Below are positions 24,376-38,048 of a stretch of 64,000 bases of DNA, one piece after another. Position 1 is the first letter of the stretch. Each line of letters starts with the position of its first letter. A program made the translations under genes and the position numbers. The DNA is from Podarcis liolepis (lineage: Eukaryota): assembly GCA_965112155.1 (NCBI GenBank), contig OZ218101.1; one strand, 5' to 3'. The notes under the pieces are model-generated. The model had not been told where the DNA came from. It made no database searches and was given only the letters and a program-made list of their open reading frames with translations.

Positions 24376-27067
24376 AGGTGGTGTGCAATACTGTATTTCT
24401 TACAAGTAAGAGCCTCTGTCAGCATATTTGAGCAAGAATCTAAGCACCGCCATGGGAAAAGTGGGGCAGTGCCCCTCCCCCCCCCCAGAGGGTGGCAAGG
24501 CAAGCTCTGGCTGCCCACAGGGCCTACAGGCTCTCCCCTCCCAATTCTCCTCACCTGTCTCATCCTAAATGCAACAGTGCAGTTGCATTTTCATAATTCC
24601 CACTATTTATACAGACACCTTGGTAAAACTGACAGTTCCCTGGGGAGACCTATGCGGATGCACTGAAATCCACAATTCTGTTTGTTAACAATATTCTGGC
24701 TGAAGTCACAACATACCAACTCGGGTGGAAATTTTTGAAATAAAGGGGGGAAATAGAGCATATTTGCCAAAGCATATTTCTGAGCCATTTCAAAGCTCCC
24801 CCACTCAATCCCTTGCATACTAACTAGAATTTTTAGCATCATGTTTAGTTTATGGATGAATTCTTCTCAGCTTCATACAGAAGAACTGGTTCAGTAATTA
24901 CAAGCTTTCTGTAAGAAACAGGGGAAAGAATGCCCCCCCCCCCCGAGTTCTCCTTTTAATTCATAAATTAACACATATACATTGATGGTTCCACACACAT
25001 GTACCTTATCATGTCATTACCTGGAAATAGTTGCATTGACGGCTCGCCCTCCCAAAACAACATACCTGGGTACAATGAATGGCTTAAAGGAAGGATGGAA
25101 TCAAAAAACAATTGAGGAACTTGACCCAAACAGAGGAGATGCTCATCAACAAAAGTAAGAAGAGTTCCTGCTGGGTCTGACTGAAGTCCCATCTGGACCC
25201 ATTTACAAAACAATCACCTCTTATAAAACACTATTAGCAGAACAACTAAAAAAATAAGCTAAGCAGCAGGCCCAGAACAAAAGATCCACAAAACATATTC
25301 TTATGTTCTTAAATGTATGGTGCAAATGCGGCCATAGAGGTAGACTGGGGCCCCTGTATGCTTGCCTAGCACCTGCCTTCACATCCCTTCCCAGCCCCTT
25401 GTAGAGTGTGCAAGTTGCCTCTTTGGCAAGCTTAGCATATTCCAACCTTCCTCCAGCTCATGGACAATGTTGGGTAGGAGACAGGCTGAGCTTTGCCACA
25501 TCAGAGAATAGGCTAAAGGCATGAGCCCCCTGCAGCCCCTTTCAGCAGGCCTTGCTCCTATGCACATTTAATGTGCAAAGGGGGCTGTAGCTTCAGAACC
25601 ATCAATTAGTGTTTCAACCAGAGCTATACTGAGATTATGAACCTGGGGATGTGTCTGCTGCAAGATGCCCTAGCTAGCCTGAATGCCAGCCACCAGGCAC
25701 GTGCAGAATCTTATTTTGCATGCTGAGCCGAAGAACAACTTATTTTCAGGAAGTGATGCTTAACTCATAATACATCTAAGCATCACAAGACGGACCAATT
25801 CATATTCTGAATTAGGTAATTACAAACTTTGGCAACATCTCTACTGACAAGTGTATTTAGTTCCAGCAACTGAAGCTGAATACAGAGTTCTGTAAATGGC
25901 CCCCAACTAGGGGAAGAAAATGGAAGGCTCTAATGTGCTCTCTGGTGCACGGTAATTAAGGAAGAAATATTTTTTGCGGATTGTGCAGTTCACGCTGGGA
26001 AGCTTCTCCTTTAACCTTCTATCTTTTGAATGTTTTTAACTTGCATATTTCATAGAATTAAATGGCAAAACCTTTCTGCTGAATTCAACTGTAATCTGAC
26101 AAGCAGACTATATGCCTTGTTAACACAGATGATCTCTGCCCATACATCCTTAATTAAGACTAGAAAGCTGGCATTCGCTGTTGCTTAAAAGAAAACGTAG
26201 ATCAAAGATATCCAAATGTGAAATGAATATTTCAAAACCTTGCATCCACTAACCGAAAGTCTAGGGAAGCCAAGTGTCAAAACCCCAGAAGTTAAGCTTG
26301 AAGGCAAAAGTTCAAACAGCCAATGTTAACTAGGCATTTTCTGGGCCTTGTTTTTTTCTTTTCTAAAAGAAGAAAGAAAGCCAAAATGCACTTGTTTATA
26401 AAAAGTTTTTAAATGCTACCCCAAGCAGTCCCTGATATCCAATACAATGCAAAAATGCACCTTTGGGAACACCTTGCATTGTATACCCCTGCCTGGTAAC
26501 TTTGATCCTTGGGAAAGAAATTCTTAGTAGTGTCCTGTGCCCAAGAATTTTGTCTTATGTCCACAAAGACCAGGGTCTTTAGTGTGTTGGCACCTGCCCC
26601 TTGGAATGCACTCTAATGAACATCAGGCAGGCACTACAGTACTGGCATTTAGGTGACTGCTTAAAACTCATCTGTTCACACATTATTTTTCTTAATGTTG
26701 GTGGTACAGATTTTTTCACAAATCACAAAAAATAAAGTTAACTAATATATTTGAAACTAAGCACTACATTAACAATAACCATAAATACTGAGTGTCCTAC
26801 CACAGGTCATGGTGAAACTGGTGGCTAACTTTCTCAGCAGGACCTAACCATACATATATATAGAGAGAGAAATATTTTTCATGCCTGGTATCAGACGGCT
26901 GCCCTGTCATGGGGAAGTGGAGAGCAGTGCTTACTGTGAGACTGTAAATGTCACCTAAGAATGTGCTGGTTGGGCCAGAAGACTGCTGGACTGCTAGACC
27001 CAGGAGTCCCTGGGTCACTTTTTCTTTAATTGCATTCAAAAGATAGACCTGAAAGCTCATGGGAACT

Positions 27068-27660
27068 ATTTATTTATTTCATAAAATTTATACACCGCTT
27101 GATTGTAAAAACAAAAACAAGAAACAAACCCTCAAAGTGCTTTACAAAAGATAAAACATTAAAATCAAGATGAATTTGCAACCATGCTTTAAATTAAATT
27201 ACTAAACCAGATTAAAATTACCTCAACTTTCTAAGCATATGGGTAGGCTTGTCCAAACAAGTATGTTTTTAGCAGCTGCCGAAAAGAGTACAGTGAAGGG
27301 GTCTGCTTGATTTCAATAGGCAGGGATTTCCAAAGTGTAAGTGCTGCCACACTAAACGACCAAGTTGTGACAAATGTGGAATGAGTATTATGTGGCACTT
27401 GTAGTAGTGCCAATTTTGCCAATCGAATAGGTGAAGTGGGCATACGCGAGGTAAGGTGATCTTGTAAACTGGTCCCAAGTTGTTAAGGGCTTTATATACT
27501 AACTGTAACACCTTGAAATTGGCTCGGTAACTAAGAACTGCCTTGGGAACAGTCTTATAAGGTCCACTTGTCATACTACCTTGTTTAATATTTATGTGAA
27601 GCCTCTGGGAGACAGATGCCATCAGATAATGGTGACACTCAGCTCTATATTTTGTTATCA
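27068..27660 (-). mobile_element. L2 3' fragment
   Basis: Encodes YRANFKVLQLVYKALNNLGP and SFSVAALTLWKSLP..FRQLLKTYLF. A/T-rich tail at 27068. Confidence 0.8.
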
Positions 27661-27837
27661 AGTGAATTTAACAATAGTTTATTTAGTGCTCAAAGCCTTT
27701 TCTCGATCTTGATTTCATACACTCTATCTCAAGTCAAGCTTTGTGAGGTAGGTCATTAGTAATCCAATTTCAAGCTGCAACATATATTAACTTAAAGACA
27801 AACTGTGTGTTGTGCTGGGGGACCCGTTATTGATCTC

Positions 27838-29040
27838 ATGACCATTTTAAAAAACCAAATAAAGCTGAGGGGCTGTTAATTTGATTAGGGGACTGGAGGA
27901 GGGTGCTTAATCCTTTTTCCATGACAGATGCGTGTATTTCTCCCTCCACAAAGTAATAGTCAGCATGAGGGGGGAGATCTAGACTGGGAGAAAGGGGTGG
28001 GTATCTCTGCTCTCCATGCTGGCTTCCCAGCCAAATTTAGTTCCCCTCCCAACAACATCTATCAGCACAAGGGGAGCCCCAGTCATTGAAGCACCTCAGC
28101 CCTACCGACAAAGTGTCATGGTGGCAAGCAAGTTAGGCAGCTGTGTATGGAGAAGGGGTTACCTGTTTATTTGCCTATTTGTTTTAGAAGCGGGAAACAG
28201 AATCCTGGACCGCTGGCAGGGCATTTTGACATGTGGGTGGGGCCTCATACCCATCAATCACTTGACATCGGATGACTCAGCCTTGGATCGCTAGCTTGGA
28301 TTGAAGTCTGTGGTGCTAAGAAGGGCCACAATTGGCCAGTGGGCCTTGTTCTTCAAATCTGTATTTACCAGTCATAGGTCATAAGTGTCATAGGACAAAT
28401 TGGTGAATGGGAGGCGGATTGGAAGCAAGCAAACAAGTTGAGTGGGACAAAAGGGTTCAGTTTTCCATGGGCTCAGATTAAAATCCAAAGCAGAGAAGAA
28501 TTTGGGGGCATCACACTTCTCGCATCATTATTTGAAGTATTACGGATCTCTGAGGTTTACAATTTTACAGTCAAAGATGGAAGCTCAGGGACATCTTTCA
28601 GTCCAAGAATTGTATGCACGTCAATGGCAACAATCACAAAAGCGGAGCGTACCTCAGATGCTATTCTATGCAGGTATCCCCCTACTTATGCATGATCAAC
28701 TCACACACGACCAGGTATATGTGTGGTGCCAGGACGTAAATAAATAATTCAATTGAAACCTGGATGGTGATAGAGAGTTGGAGGGTCCTCATGGCAAGAC
28801 CCTCCCTGGAGCCCGAAGAGGACATCAGGAAGGGCAGAGGCGCAGCTGGGGCACAGGGTAGCTTTCCTGCGCATCCTCCAGCCGGCCTCAGAGCTTCAAT
28901 TCCAGTTTTGGGTATTTTTGGGATACAATATTTTTGGTACGGATTGAAGAGAGTATGGCAGAGAGGGTGTTTAAAAGGTGCTACCCACTTTACAAATTCA
29001 CTTATGTGAACGGGGGCCAAGAACATAACTCAGCGTAAGA
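27838..29040 (+). pseudogene. Putative degraded endogenous viral element, Mononegavirales (paramyxo/borna-like) nucleoprotein-like
   Basis: Frameshift-joined translation shows collinear N-protein-like motifs (GTGGG..RVFLPPQSNS; VSLLSMLASQP; STRG; GFSFPWAQxLKSKAEKNLGASHF; QELYAR..AGIP). Several stops and frameshifts, not a recognised TE. Similarity judged by eye, not searched. Right boundary uncertain. Confidence 0.5.
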
Positions 29041-30639
29041 GGGGAGCCGCCTGTATACTAAAAGCTAACACTTCTCAGAGTGTGGACCACAATGGAACCA
29101 TCCTGGCACAGCAGGGGAAGACATCAGCACGCTTGGGGAGCCTCAAAGTTCGAAGAAGTCCAGAAAGTCATAAACAGCTTGATGAAGACTAAACACACTG
29201 CATGGGCATGAAATCCTGACTGATGAGGCTTGGGGGTGGGGAGAGAACCATCATGTTGGTGAAATGGAATATCCTACTAAAGGGTATAGCTAGCTGTGAT
29301 TCTCCCTCCCCAGTGAGATTAGACAGGCACCCTCCTTGCTGAATTTCTGGTGCATGACCAAGACTTGTTCCAGTGGGAATTTTAAAGGTAGCGTTTGGTT
29401 TTATGATAAATACTTTTCATTTGATTGCCCCATTTTATGTGGATTGTTGTTAAGTACACTGCCTAGAAATGAAACAAATTAAGGGGTATATATTTAATGC
29501 TTTGAATAAGTAAACAAACAAACAAACAAATGATAATAAACAAACAATGCATGGCACATGATGAAACATTTTGTTACAATGTTTTGCACAAAAACAAGCC
29601 CTAAAAAAAACTTATCAAGGAGATATGTTTATAGTAGGTGGTTTTCCACCCCCCAGAAAGAAACCCTACCAAGGAGATAAATCAATAGTACTGTAGGTGT
29701 TTCCCCAGCCCAGCCCCCTTTGCTGGGTATTTATAGGCCTGAACAGTGAGTTTGAGAAATCTACCATGCAACATTTAAGGTTGCCAAGCAACAGAACTCT
29801 GCCACCACCTGTAGCAAATTGAATGTTTTATTTTCCCTCACAGTATGCAGAGTTGACTCATGCTTTTAAAAAAGAGATGAAACTGAATGTTGTAAACAAG
29901 AAACCAGTTAGCAAGCAGGCATGCGTTTCTGCAAACTGCCGAAAATCATCACAACGACCTAACTTAAAATTTCTGGTTTTCTGATACTCTTTCATATTTT
30001 GGAATACTCCAACAATGCACTAATTAATCTTAATATACTTTACTCCAAGGTGTGTGTGTGTGTTTAGTGTGCAGTTAGCAGAACATGTGAAGTCTGAAAA
30101 ATGTTGTGCAGTTGTTAGTTAATAGTGTGCGGTTTGAAAAGGGGGGCGGGTTTAGACAATTATTAAGCACTTGTATGGCAGGCAATTTCAGGGACAGCAT
30201 GGACACAAATTATGTCAAGGCAGAATGCCCTCAGTTTCTGTACTTAAAAGAAATAGTCCAAATTAACCACAAAAAACACCCTCTTTTGGGGGCTGGAACC
30301 TCCCCTTCTTCTCTTGCATCTTCAGGTAACAATTGGTTGCATCCTTGTACATATCCTCCTTTTGTGCCTGCTATTCACTGAGCTAAGGCAGCTTCAGGAA
30401 CAAATTATCACTGAACAGTCGCTAAGAACTACTTCTAGGGAAGGACTGACAGGAGGGAAGCAAGAAGCAAAGCACGCTTTGGGTTCTCTGCACTTTTTGT
30501 GTGGGTGGGAAAATCTGACAGGGAAAATCTTCTTTGAAAACTCCCTGCTTTAATGATCACAGAGACACTGTGAAGTTTTACTCAGAGTAAACCCATTTAA
30601 GTTAATGAACAGGACTACGTTAGGTCCATTAATGGGTCT

Positions 30640-31340
30640 ATTCTACACTATACATTTAAAGTAGTCTCATACTCCAATACAGTAATGACTCCCTCTCTTT
30701 AAAAAATCTTGGGAACTGTAGTTTCAGGGTGCTGAGAGTTGTTAACAGAACCCATTGCTATCACAGACTTAGAATTCTCAGAGTGGTTTAACAATCAATC
30801 CCTTTTCCCAGGGAACTCTGGGAACTGTAACTCTGTGAGAGGGAATAGTGATATCCTCTAAACTCTCAGCACCCTTAACAAACTACAGCTCCCATGATTC
30901 TTTGAGGCTAGCCATTGGCTGCTTAAAGTGGTAAAGGTAAAGGTAAAGGTACCCCTGCCCGAAGGCCAGCCGTGACCGACTCTGGAGTTGCGTGCTCATC
31001 TTGCTCAAGAGGCCGTGAGCCGGTGCTGTTCGAAGACACTTCCGGGTCACGTGGCCAGCGTGAAGAAGCTGCGTCTGGCCAGCCAGCACCAGTGCCGCAC
31101 ACGGAAACGCCGTTACCTTCCCGCTATAAAGTGGTCCCTATTTATCTACTTGCACCTAAGGGTGCTTTCGAACTGCTAGGTTGGCAGGAGCCAGGACCGA
31201 TCGACGGGAGCTCACCCCGCCGCGGGGATTTGAACCTCCGACCTTACGATCGGCAAGTCCTAGGCACTGAGGTTTTACCCACAGCGCCACCCGCTTAAAG
31301 TGGTACAAGACTGCTTTAAATGTAAAGTGCATCTACAGCC
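30640..31340. mobile_element. Palindromic non-autonomous DNA element hosting a Sauria SINE
   Basis: Nested inverted arms gggaactgtagttt..agggtgctgagagtt / aactctcagcaccctt..aaactacagctccc and tacatttaaag.agt / actgctttaaatgta. Confidence 0.6.
30934..31292 (-). mobile_element. Young Sauria SINE (Squam1)
   Basis: (ACCTTT)n tail, CpG-rich body, 5' end gggtggcgctgtggg, 13-bp TSD gcttaaagtggta (30921-30933, 31293-31305). Confidence 0.92.
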
Positions 31341-31768
31341 TGAGTTGAACACCACCCTCTTTCTCAATCAACCTCCCCCAACCAGGTGCCCTCTAGATGT
31401 CTTGGACCACAATCCACACTTTGGCATACAGTCCCCTGGAAATTAGAAGGGTAGCAACAATTTGTTCTTTTCAGTGCTTCCTTAAACAAGTTATTTAATC
31501 AGGCATTTTCTGGGTAGTAAAGTTAGATACTGCTCCAGTTGGTTTTACAGGCAGATTTAATGTATTCTTATTGTTTTAACCTTGCATGCTGTATTTCCGA
31601 ATGGTGGGCAGTTATTATTAAAATAAAAGACCAAACTCCCATCAGTCCGAGACAGCATGGCTAATAGACAGGGATTATGGAAGGAGTGGTCCAAAACATA
31701 CAGGAGCGGTCAATAACAGCTGCTCTTAATATAGGTATCTGAGAGTTTCAGGTATATTTGAGGCAAAA

Positions 31769-31950
31769 GGCCATAGCTCAGTGGTAGAGCATTTGCTTTG
31801 CATGCAAAAGGTTCCACGTTCAGTGCCTGGCATCTCCAGATAAGGCTGGGTGAGACCATTGTCTGAACTGCTGGAGAGCCACTGCCAGTCAGTGCAGTCA
31901 CTATTAAGCTAAATGGACCAATGGTCTGACTTTGTATAAGGCAGCATCCC
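31769..31950 (+). mobile_element. tRNA-derived SINE, second family (Squam2-like)
   Basis: ggccatagctcagtggtagagcatttgctttgcatgca head, ggaccaatggtctgact..gtataaggcagc tail. Confidence 0.8.
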
Positions 31951-34900
31951 AACTTCCTTTGCCACTGAGGGTCATGCCCCAGGCTATGATTTTTCAAGTG
32001 CTCTTACAAGACATTTCTGTTTTAACAAGGCAGCACATGACCTACATAAATCATGACTCAAAATCTGAATGCGAGTAGTCATGTTCTCCCCACCTCCAGA
32101 ATTTAGCTTCTGGAGATTTTTCCACCAACAAGAAATGCTCCATTTCTACAATCTGCCCCTAAGCCTACTTGTTTACGACTGAATGAAAACAATAAGGATG
32201 CAATCAAGCTCTTTTGAAATCAAGGCAAGCTTTGCAGATGACTTCAAAGGGAATGAATTGCACCCTTTTTCAATCATCTGTATGGAACAGATGGGTGAGA
32301 ATGGAAATATATCCACTGGCATTTTGCAAACTGATCCTGTGCATGTTTCAAGTATAAGAATGTGAACCTTTCTATGAGTTTCACCAGAAACCGAAAACAT
32401 AAATTACAGTTAAACACAAGATTATTAACAATATAATTGTCTGGATAATTTATTTTTATTACTGAATAAATTGCTGTCTGCAAATAACCCACCTGGTTCT
32501 TGAATTCAAAATGCACCTGTTCAAATTCATACTTCTACTATGGGCATCAGCTTTGGCATTTACTTCAGCAGAATGGCACTGCAGCAGTTTCTGATGCTTC
32601 TCCTTTGTATATTGTTGTTGTTTTTGAATTAAATTTCTATACCAACCTGTACCCGTAGATCTCAGGGTGGTTCACAACATAAGATTACAATATAAAAACA
32701 CAAAAAACATAATAAAAATAAGAATAAGAATAAAATGTAAGAGATCGGCTGATTCCCAGAAGAGGGTCTCAAGATGTCTACGCACCTTTCCAAACACTCA
32801 GGGCACTGCTGTTTGCCTTCCAACAATGAAGCAGCTTCTAAATGTAATTTCACTTTCTATTGCCAGCTTAGCCATTGACACAAACAGAGTGTTCTCCAGG
32901 GTGAAGGTCTATCCAGGAGACCTGTCTGCCAGGCACCTCAGAGGGCACAACCCTAGTCTGGCTATGGCCCCCATGTGCCCTAGAGTACCTTCTTCCACTC
33001 CAGTGTGGAAGCTAATACTTTTGTTGTCTGCAATGTCAGGGTATAGAGACTCTGCGATGCTACATTACTGCTTTTATAGATGCCACCTTTTAGCCAAAAT
33101 AAAGACCCCAAATTGTCTCACAAAGAATATGAACACAACTGATAATACAAACAATGTAGCTGATATTTAAAAAAACAAAAACCTTACAATTTCAGAAGTA
33201 TTAAAAACCAAAACCTTTGTTTTCCTGCTGAAAAGGCTAACACTCAAGAAGGGAGGCTAATGTGTGGTCCTCGAGATGTAGCTGGACTACAGCTCCCATC
33301 ATCCTAGACTATCTAGCCTGCTGGTTGGGGTTGATGGGAGTTGGGAGTCCAGAATTTGGCTTCTATTTACCCTGACAGGCTTCTCTGGAAGAGGGACTAT
33401 AGCCCCTCTCTGTGCCACTGCTGGCTTCATGCCTAGCTGCTGCTTGCTGGCAGTTGTGTATGGAGTTGCTGCTAGGGCTGTGAACAAGATTTGCCCAGGG
33501 CCCAAATCCCAAGCAAAATCAGGCCTATTCAGAGGGCCTTGTTTGAGCTGGATTGAGACAGCCCCGGATTGCTACAGGGTGTGTGTTGGGACGTGAAGCA
33601 GGAAGAAGAGGGCATGAGTGAGAAGGAGGAGAAACCATGAAAAGGAAAGAGCCCTACCATGTGGCTGCATCTTCATGGGAGAAGGCTGGAGCTTCCTTGC
33701 CCGCAAGGCCTGTCCTCCTTGCTAGCCCTCTCCTTCCTACTCCCTGACAGAAGCACCACACGCAATGAGATCTTAGTGGGAGGATCCGATCTTGTGCAGT
33801 GCTGCTCCTCTCCTTCGTGTGTGACTTCCATGAGAGCGGCTCCTTCACAAGTCACTTTCTTTTCATGCAGGAAAGTCATTCATGAAGGAGGACCACAAGA
33901 CATGGATGTTGGGAGTTGTAGTATGCTCCATAAGTTCCCCCACAAGTTCCACACCCCATAATTAGAGATGGGTGCTGCGATCAAACTTAACGAGCTGAGC
34001 AGAAAGAAAAGTATAAATGAAACCATTTACACACCTACAATTCATCAAATATATTACTGTATTTAATTGTCAATTATCTGTGTCTTAGGCCACAATACTA
34101 CGCAGATTCTGTTGCAAGTAGACTTAACTGAAATCTATAAGATTTATTTCAGAGCAAATGTACTTAGGCTGCCCGAGGTAGTGATGGGAATGTTTAATAT
34201 AGAAACAGCCTTTGTGCGCTTGGGTTCTGTTCTTCAAATTTGACTTTATGTCATTATTGTCTTAACCTTTCATAGTACACGGCTATATTACAAATACAAT
34301 TTCCAGTTCAATAAGTGCATGTCTCTTGAGGCCTGACCTTTAAAATTATTTCAGGCAACATGCAGATTGTTATTTGAGGTCAACATGAGAGCCAAGAGAT
34401 GTAAAAGTTTTCATGGGCCAGTTTTTCCTTCTAATTCTGATTAGGCAGTTCTTCCAAATTCTAGAAGGTGTGTGTGTAAGAGAGAGAGTGGGGGAGCTGG
34501 AAAGGAACCCATAAACTCCCTCCCTGAAAACTGCTGTCAACCCCCCCCAAAAAAAAATACAAAAGAGAGGAAGTGGTTTAACCCCCTATTTCATTGCTGC
34601 CACTCCCCTCATTTGGACAGAACCTTTGGACTGAAAAAAGCTCTAAACATCCTAGCTTTCAATAAATAAATAGTACAGAAACTGATATTGCGCACATGCC
34701 CGTGTTCCATGTGCACAAATTAACATGAGATGACTCTTGCTCTTGTGACAAGAACTGTTGTGCCCAGGACCTGCTTGCAGGTTCCCCACAGACATATGGC
34801 TGGCCCATAGGAGCCAATTCCTAAGGACCAAGGTCCCTTCAGCCCCCCAATAAAATATTTGAGGGGGCCAAGCCTCCATAAGGTTGGTACGCATTGCCAA

Positions 34901-36447
34901 TCAAATGGTGTCTGTCTGCCGTGTCATGCGCTCAATTACACGGTTGGGGCTTACCTGCCCCCACCAATATTTTATTCAAGGTGTCATCCCTGCCCGACTC
35001 CAGAATGCTGGGCTAAGATGGGCCACTGGCTTGATTCAGCCATCCTGTCTGAGCACTTGCCACAAGAGATGCAGAACCTGAGCACAATAGCACAGCCAGC
35101 CACCCTGCCTCTCTCTTTGAACACCAGGTGTTAGAGATAAGCCACAAAGGAAACCCTGGAAAAAAGACCGATGGAAACAAGATAATGTGGCCATATGTCC
35201 TGCTTTACAGTGAACGGCCCTATATTTGGAAGCCCTTGAAGTTGCCCATCAACAACTTTAGCAGTTAAATTTTAAATTGGCATAGATACATATAAGTTTG
35301 CACATGCAAATTATCTGCAAATCTGCTTCTCTGGCCCACTCTAGCCCAAGGCCACAAACTGAATACAGGGCACTCCCAATTTACATGGATGTTTCGTTCC
35401 AAGGCATCATATGTTTAAGTGAAATTGTGTATATTTGAAACAGCCTACAGATACCCTGTTCCACCCCCGTCGCACCTCGTTCCACCCCTTTTTGTGATGT
35501 TTTTGGGCCACTTCAGGATTTGGCGCAATGCACACATGCACGGTTACGCACATATCAGACATACCTAAAATAGTCACTGCTTGTGCAAAGGTAGGGGTGA
35601 TATTTTGCATCGGCAGTGCTTAGTTTTAGTTATTCTACATTGCGTGTCATTCCATTGGGTGATTTGAATCCCTACATGTCCTGAGGTGTGAGGAACCAGG
35701 GAAATAAATGTGGGACAGGAACTTGAGGTGCTACACAAAAACACAAACAAGCCTGCATATTGTAAAATATTTAAATCAAATCTGTATTCAAGCCCAAAGC
35801 TACCAATTTGCAATGGAATTTATTTCTCTCCTCTCTCGTCACACTATGAAGAGATTTTGTAGTCGTGAGTAAAAATAAACTAGTTCATTTCTCTGCCATG
35901 AATCACATGAAGGTGTTGGGGAGTGGGATGTTAGAGAAAGCACAGATGGTCTGTCAGGGTCAGTGACTAGGGATGAATGGGCCGGTTGGGGATATGGGCT
36001 CATCTCTAGCACACCTGTTGTAAAAGCCACAGTGAAGAAACATTGTGAAAGGGAAGCCCAATTGTGGATACCGTGTCTAACACCCTGTAAATCATAGGCG
36101 ATCTTTGCTCTTGCTCCAGGCTCAATGACACACCTTTTTGGAGAAAGATATCTAGCAGCTCTTTGGGAGGAACAGAGTTTTGCCAAACTGTTATATTGCA
36201 TTCAGAACACTAGAACTCACCAGCCACCCAGATATTTCATGGTTTAAATCTAGAACTATGTGACAAACAGCTCATTTTCACACTGCAAGTGGTTTGGTGC
36301 TTCTGTCCTATGGCTCCATCCTATGCAGCACAGAGGTCAGGGTAGCCGCTTACACATTTGTCAAAAGAAAGGAAAAGCACCAGCAAATAAGAGGCATCAG
36401 CAAATTTGCATAAGAATTGCACATGCAATTATTAGTTAAAAAAAAAA

Positions 36448-36815
36448 GTAAAGGTAAAGGACCCTGGATGGTTAAGTCCAATCAAAAGGTGACTATGGGG
36501 TGGTGGCGCTCATCTTGCTTCAGGCCAAGGGAGCCTGCAAACAGCTTTCTGGGTCATGTGGCCAGCATGACTAAACCGCTTCTGGTACCTGGAGGACCAT
36601 GATGAGTGCCAGAGTGCACGGAAACACCATTTACCTTCCCGCTGCAGAAGTACCTATTTATCTACTTGCACTGGTATGCTTTCAAACTGCTAGGTTGGCA
36701 AGAGCTGGGGCAAAGCAACGGGAGCTCACTCCACCACACGGATTCAAACAACCAACCTTCTGATCAGGAAGCCCAAGAGGCTCAGTGATTTAGACCACAG
36801 CGCCATCCGCTCCCT
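36448..36815 (-). mobile_element. Sauria SINE (Squam1), older copy
   Basis: gtaaaggtaaaggg tail and body homologous to 30934-31292. Confidence 0.88.
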
Positions 36816-36912
36816 ACATATGAATAGTATAAATGCATGTTTAGAAAGTATTACTATCATCTCATTAGGAATACAGTACATTTCATCATAGTGGGAAACA
36901 CTTAGGAAGTGT

Positions 36913-37037
36913 AGAAAACGTAGGAAGTTGCTTATACCAAGTCAGGCCATTAGTCCACTTAGCTCAGTATTGTCTACACTGACTGGCAGCAGCTCTCCGT
37001 GATTTCAGATGGCACATTCCCAGTCCTACCTGGAGAT
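36913..37037 (-). mobile_element. tRNA-derived SINE second family, 3' part
   Basis: Reverse complement of the 31769 family tail (agctcagtattgtctacactgactggcagc). Confidence 0.7.
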
Positions 37038-38048
37038 CCTTCAGTGAGGTCCATTCCAAGGGCCCTCTCAACCAGACCTTATTTGTTCGTAATGGAAGAC
37101 CACATTTACAAAAGTGTAGTTATCTTCCATGCCCATAGAATGGAAGACATAAATTTGACTACAAGGACAAATCATTTAGGGCAGGGATGGGGAATGTATG
37201 TCCCTCCAGATGTTGTGGACTCTGACTCCCATCTATTGGCCATGTTGGCTGGTGCTGATGGGGAGCTGGTTTCTAACCACATTTGGAAGGGCACAGATCC
37301 CTCATCCCTGATTTAAAAGAACTCAAAAACAGTGTTAGAAAAAGAGATATAAAAGCTAGGAGCTAAATGGCACCTTAAACCTAGGTTATGGGCACAACAA
37401 TGGAATGTCTAGGCCCACTTTTTTAATAACAAGAATACAAAGCTGAAAATGAATGAACTCCTCCAGTCTTCAGAGAGTAGCTGGAAGTGGGGAAGCAGAA
37501 AAAGGTTCTCCTTTCCTTCCACTCTGCAGTTTTAATCTGAAATCTTAGAAGCAGTACTGCATCCAGAGCTCAGAAACGGCTTGCGCTAATGAAATTCCCT
37601 GTCACAATGGGAGTTTTTCAAAACAACTACCTTCCATTAATATTGGTTTCACATACAATATGAGAATTTGGAAGTCTACTTTTCAAGTCTGCTTTGCAAG
37701 TAAAAAAAGATTTGACAAAGAGCACAATTGTGGAAAAGTTAAAATTCCTTAGACACTTGGCCTTTATATATAATGCACTCAGTCAACATTGGAACTATCA
37801 AGAGAGAAAGAATAATTTACCCTCAAGGCACTTCCAAGTTTCTAAAAATAATATTCAGGCTCACAGTTGTCCTTTCATTGGGGTAAGCACCTTCAATCAA
37901 ACTATAAAACAGCACTGTCCATCTTTGCACTAATACTGGGTCTGTACTGTTGACTCAATACAAGACTTTCATAGAATCATAGAATCATAGAGTTGGAAGA
38001 GACCACAAGGGCCATCGAGTCCAACCCCCTGCCAAGCAGGAAACACCA

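Noticed and set aside
25700-26300. Repeat-poor stretches that might be conserved enhancers (also about 8330-8800 and 17500-17900)
   Set aside because: Cannot be supported without cross-species alignment.
32667-33170. 167-aa plus-strand ORF
   Set aside because: Starts in an L2-type 3' tail; no coding signature or known motif.
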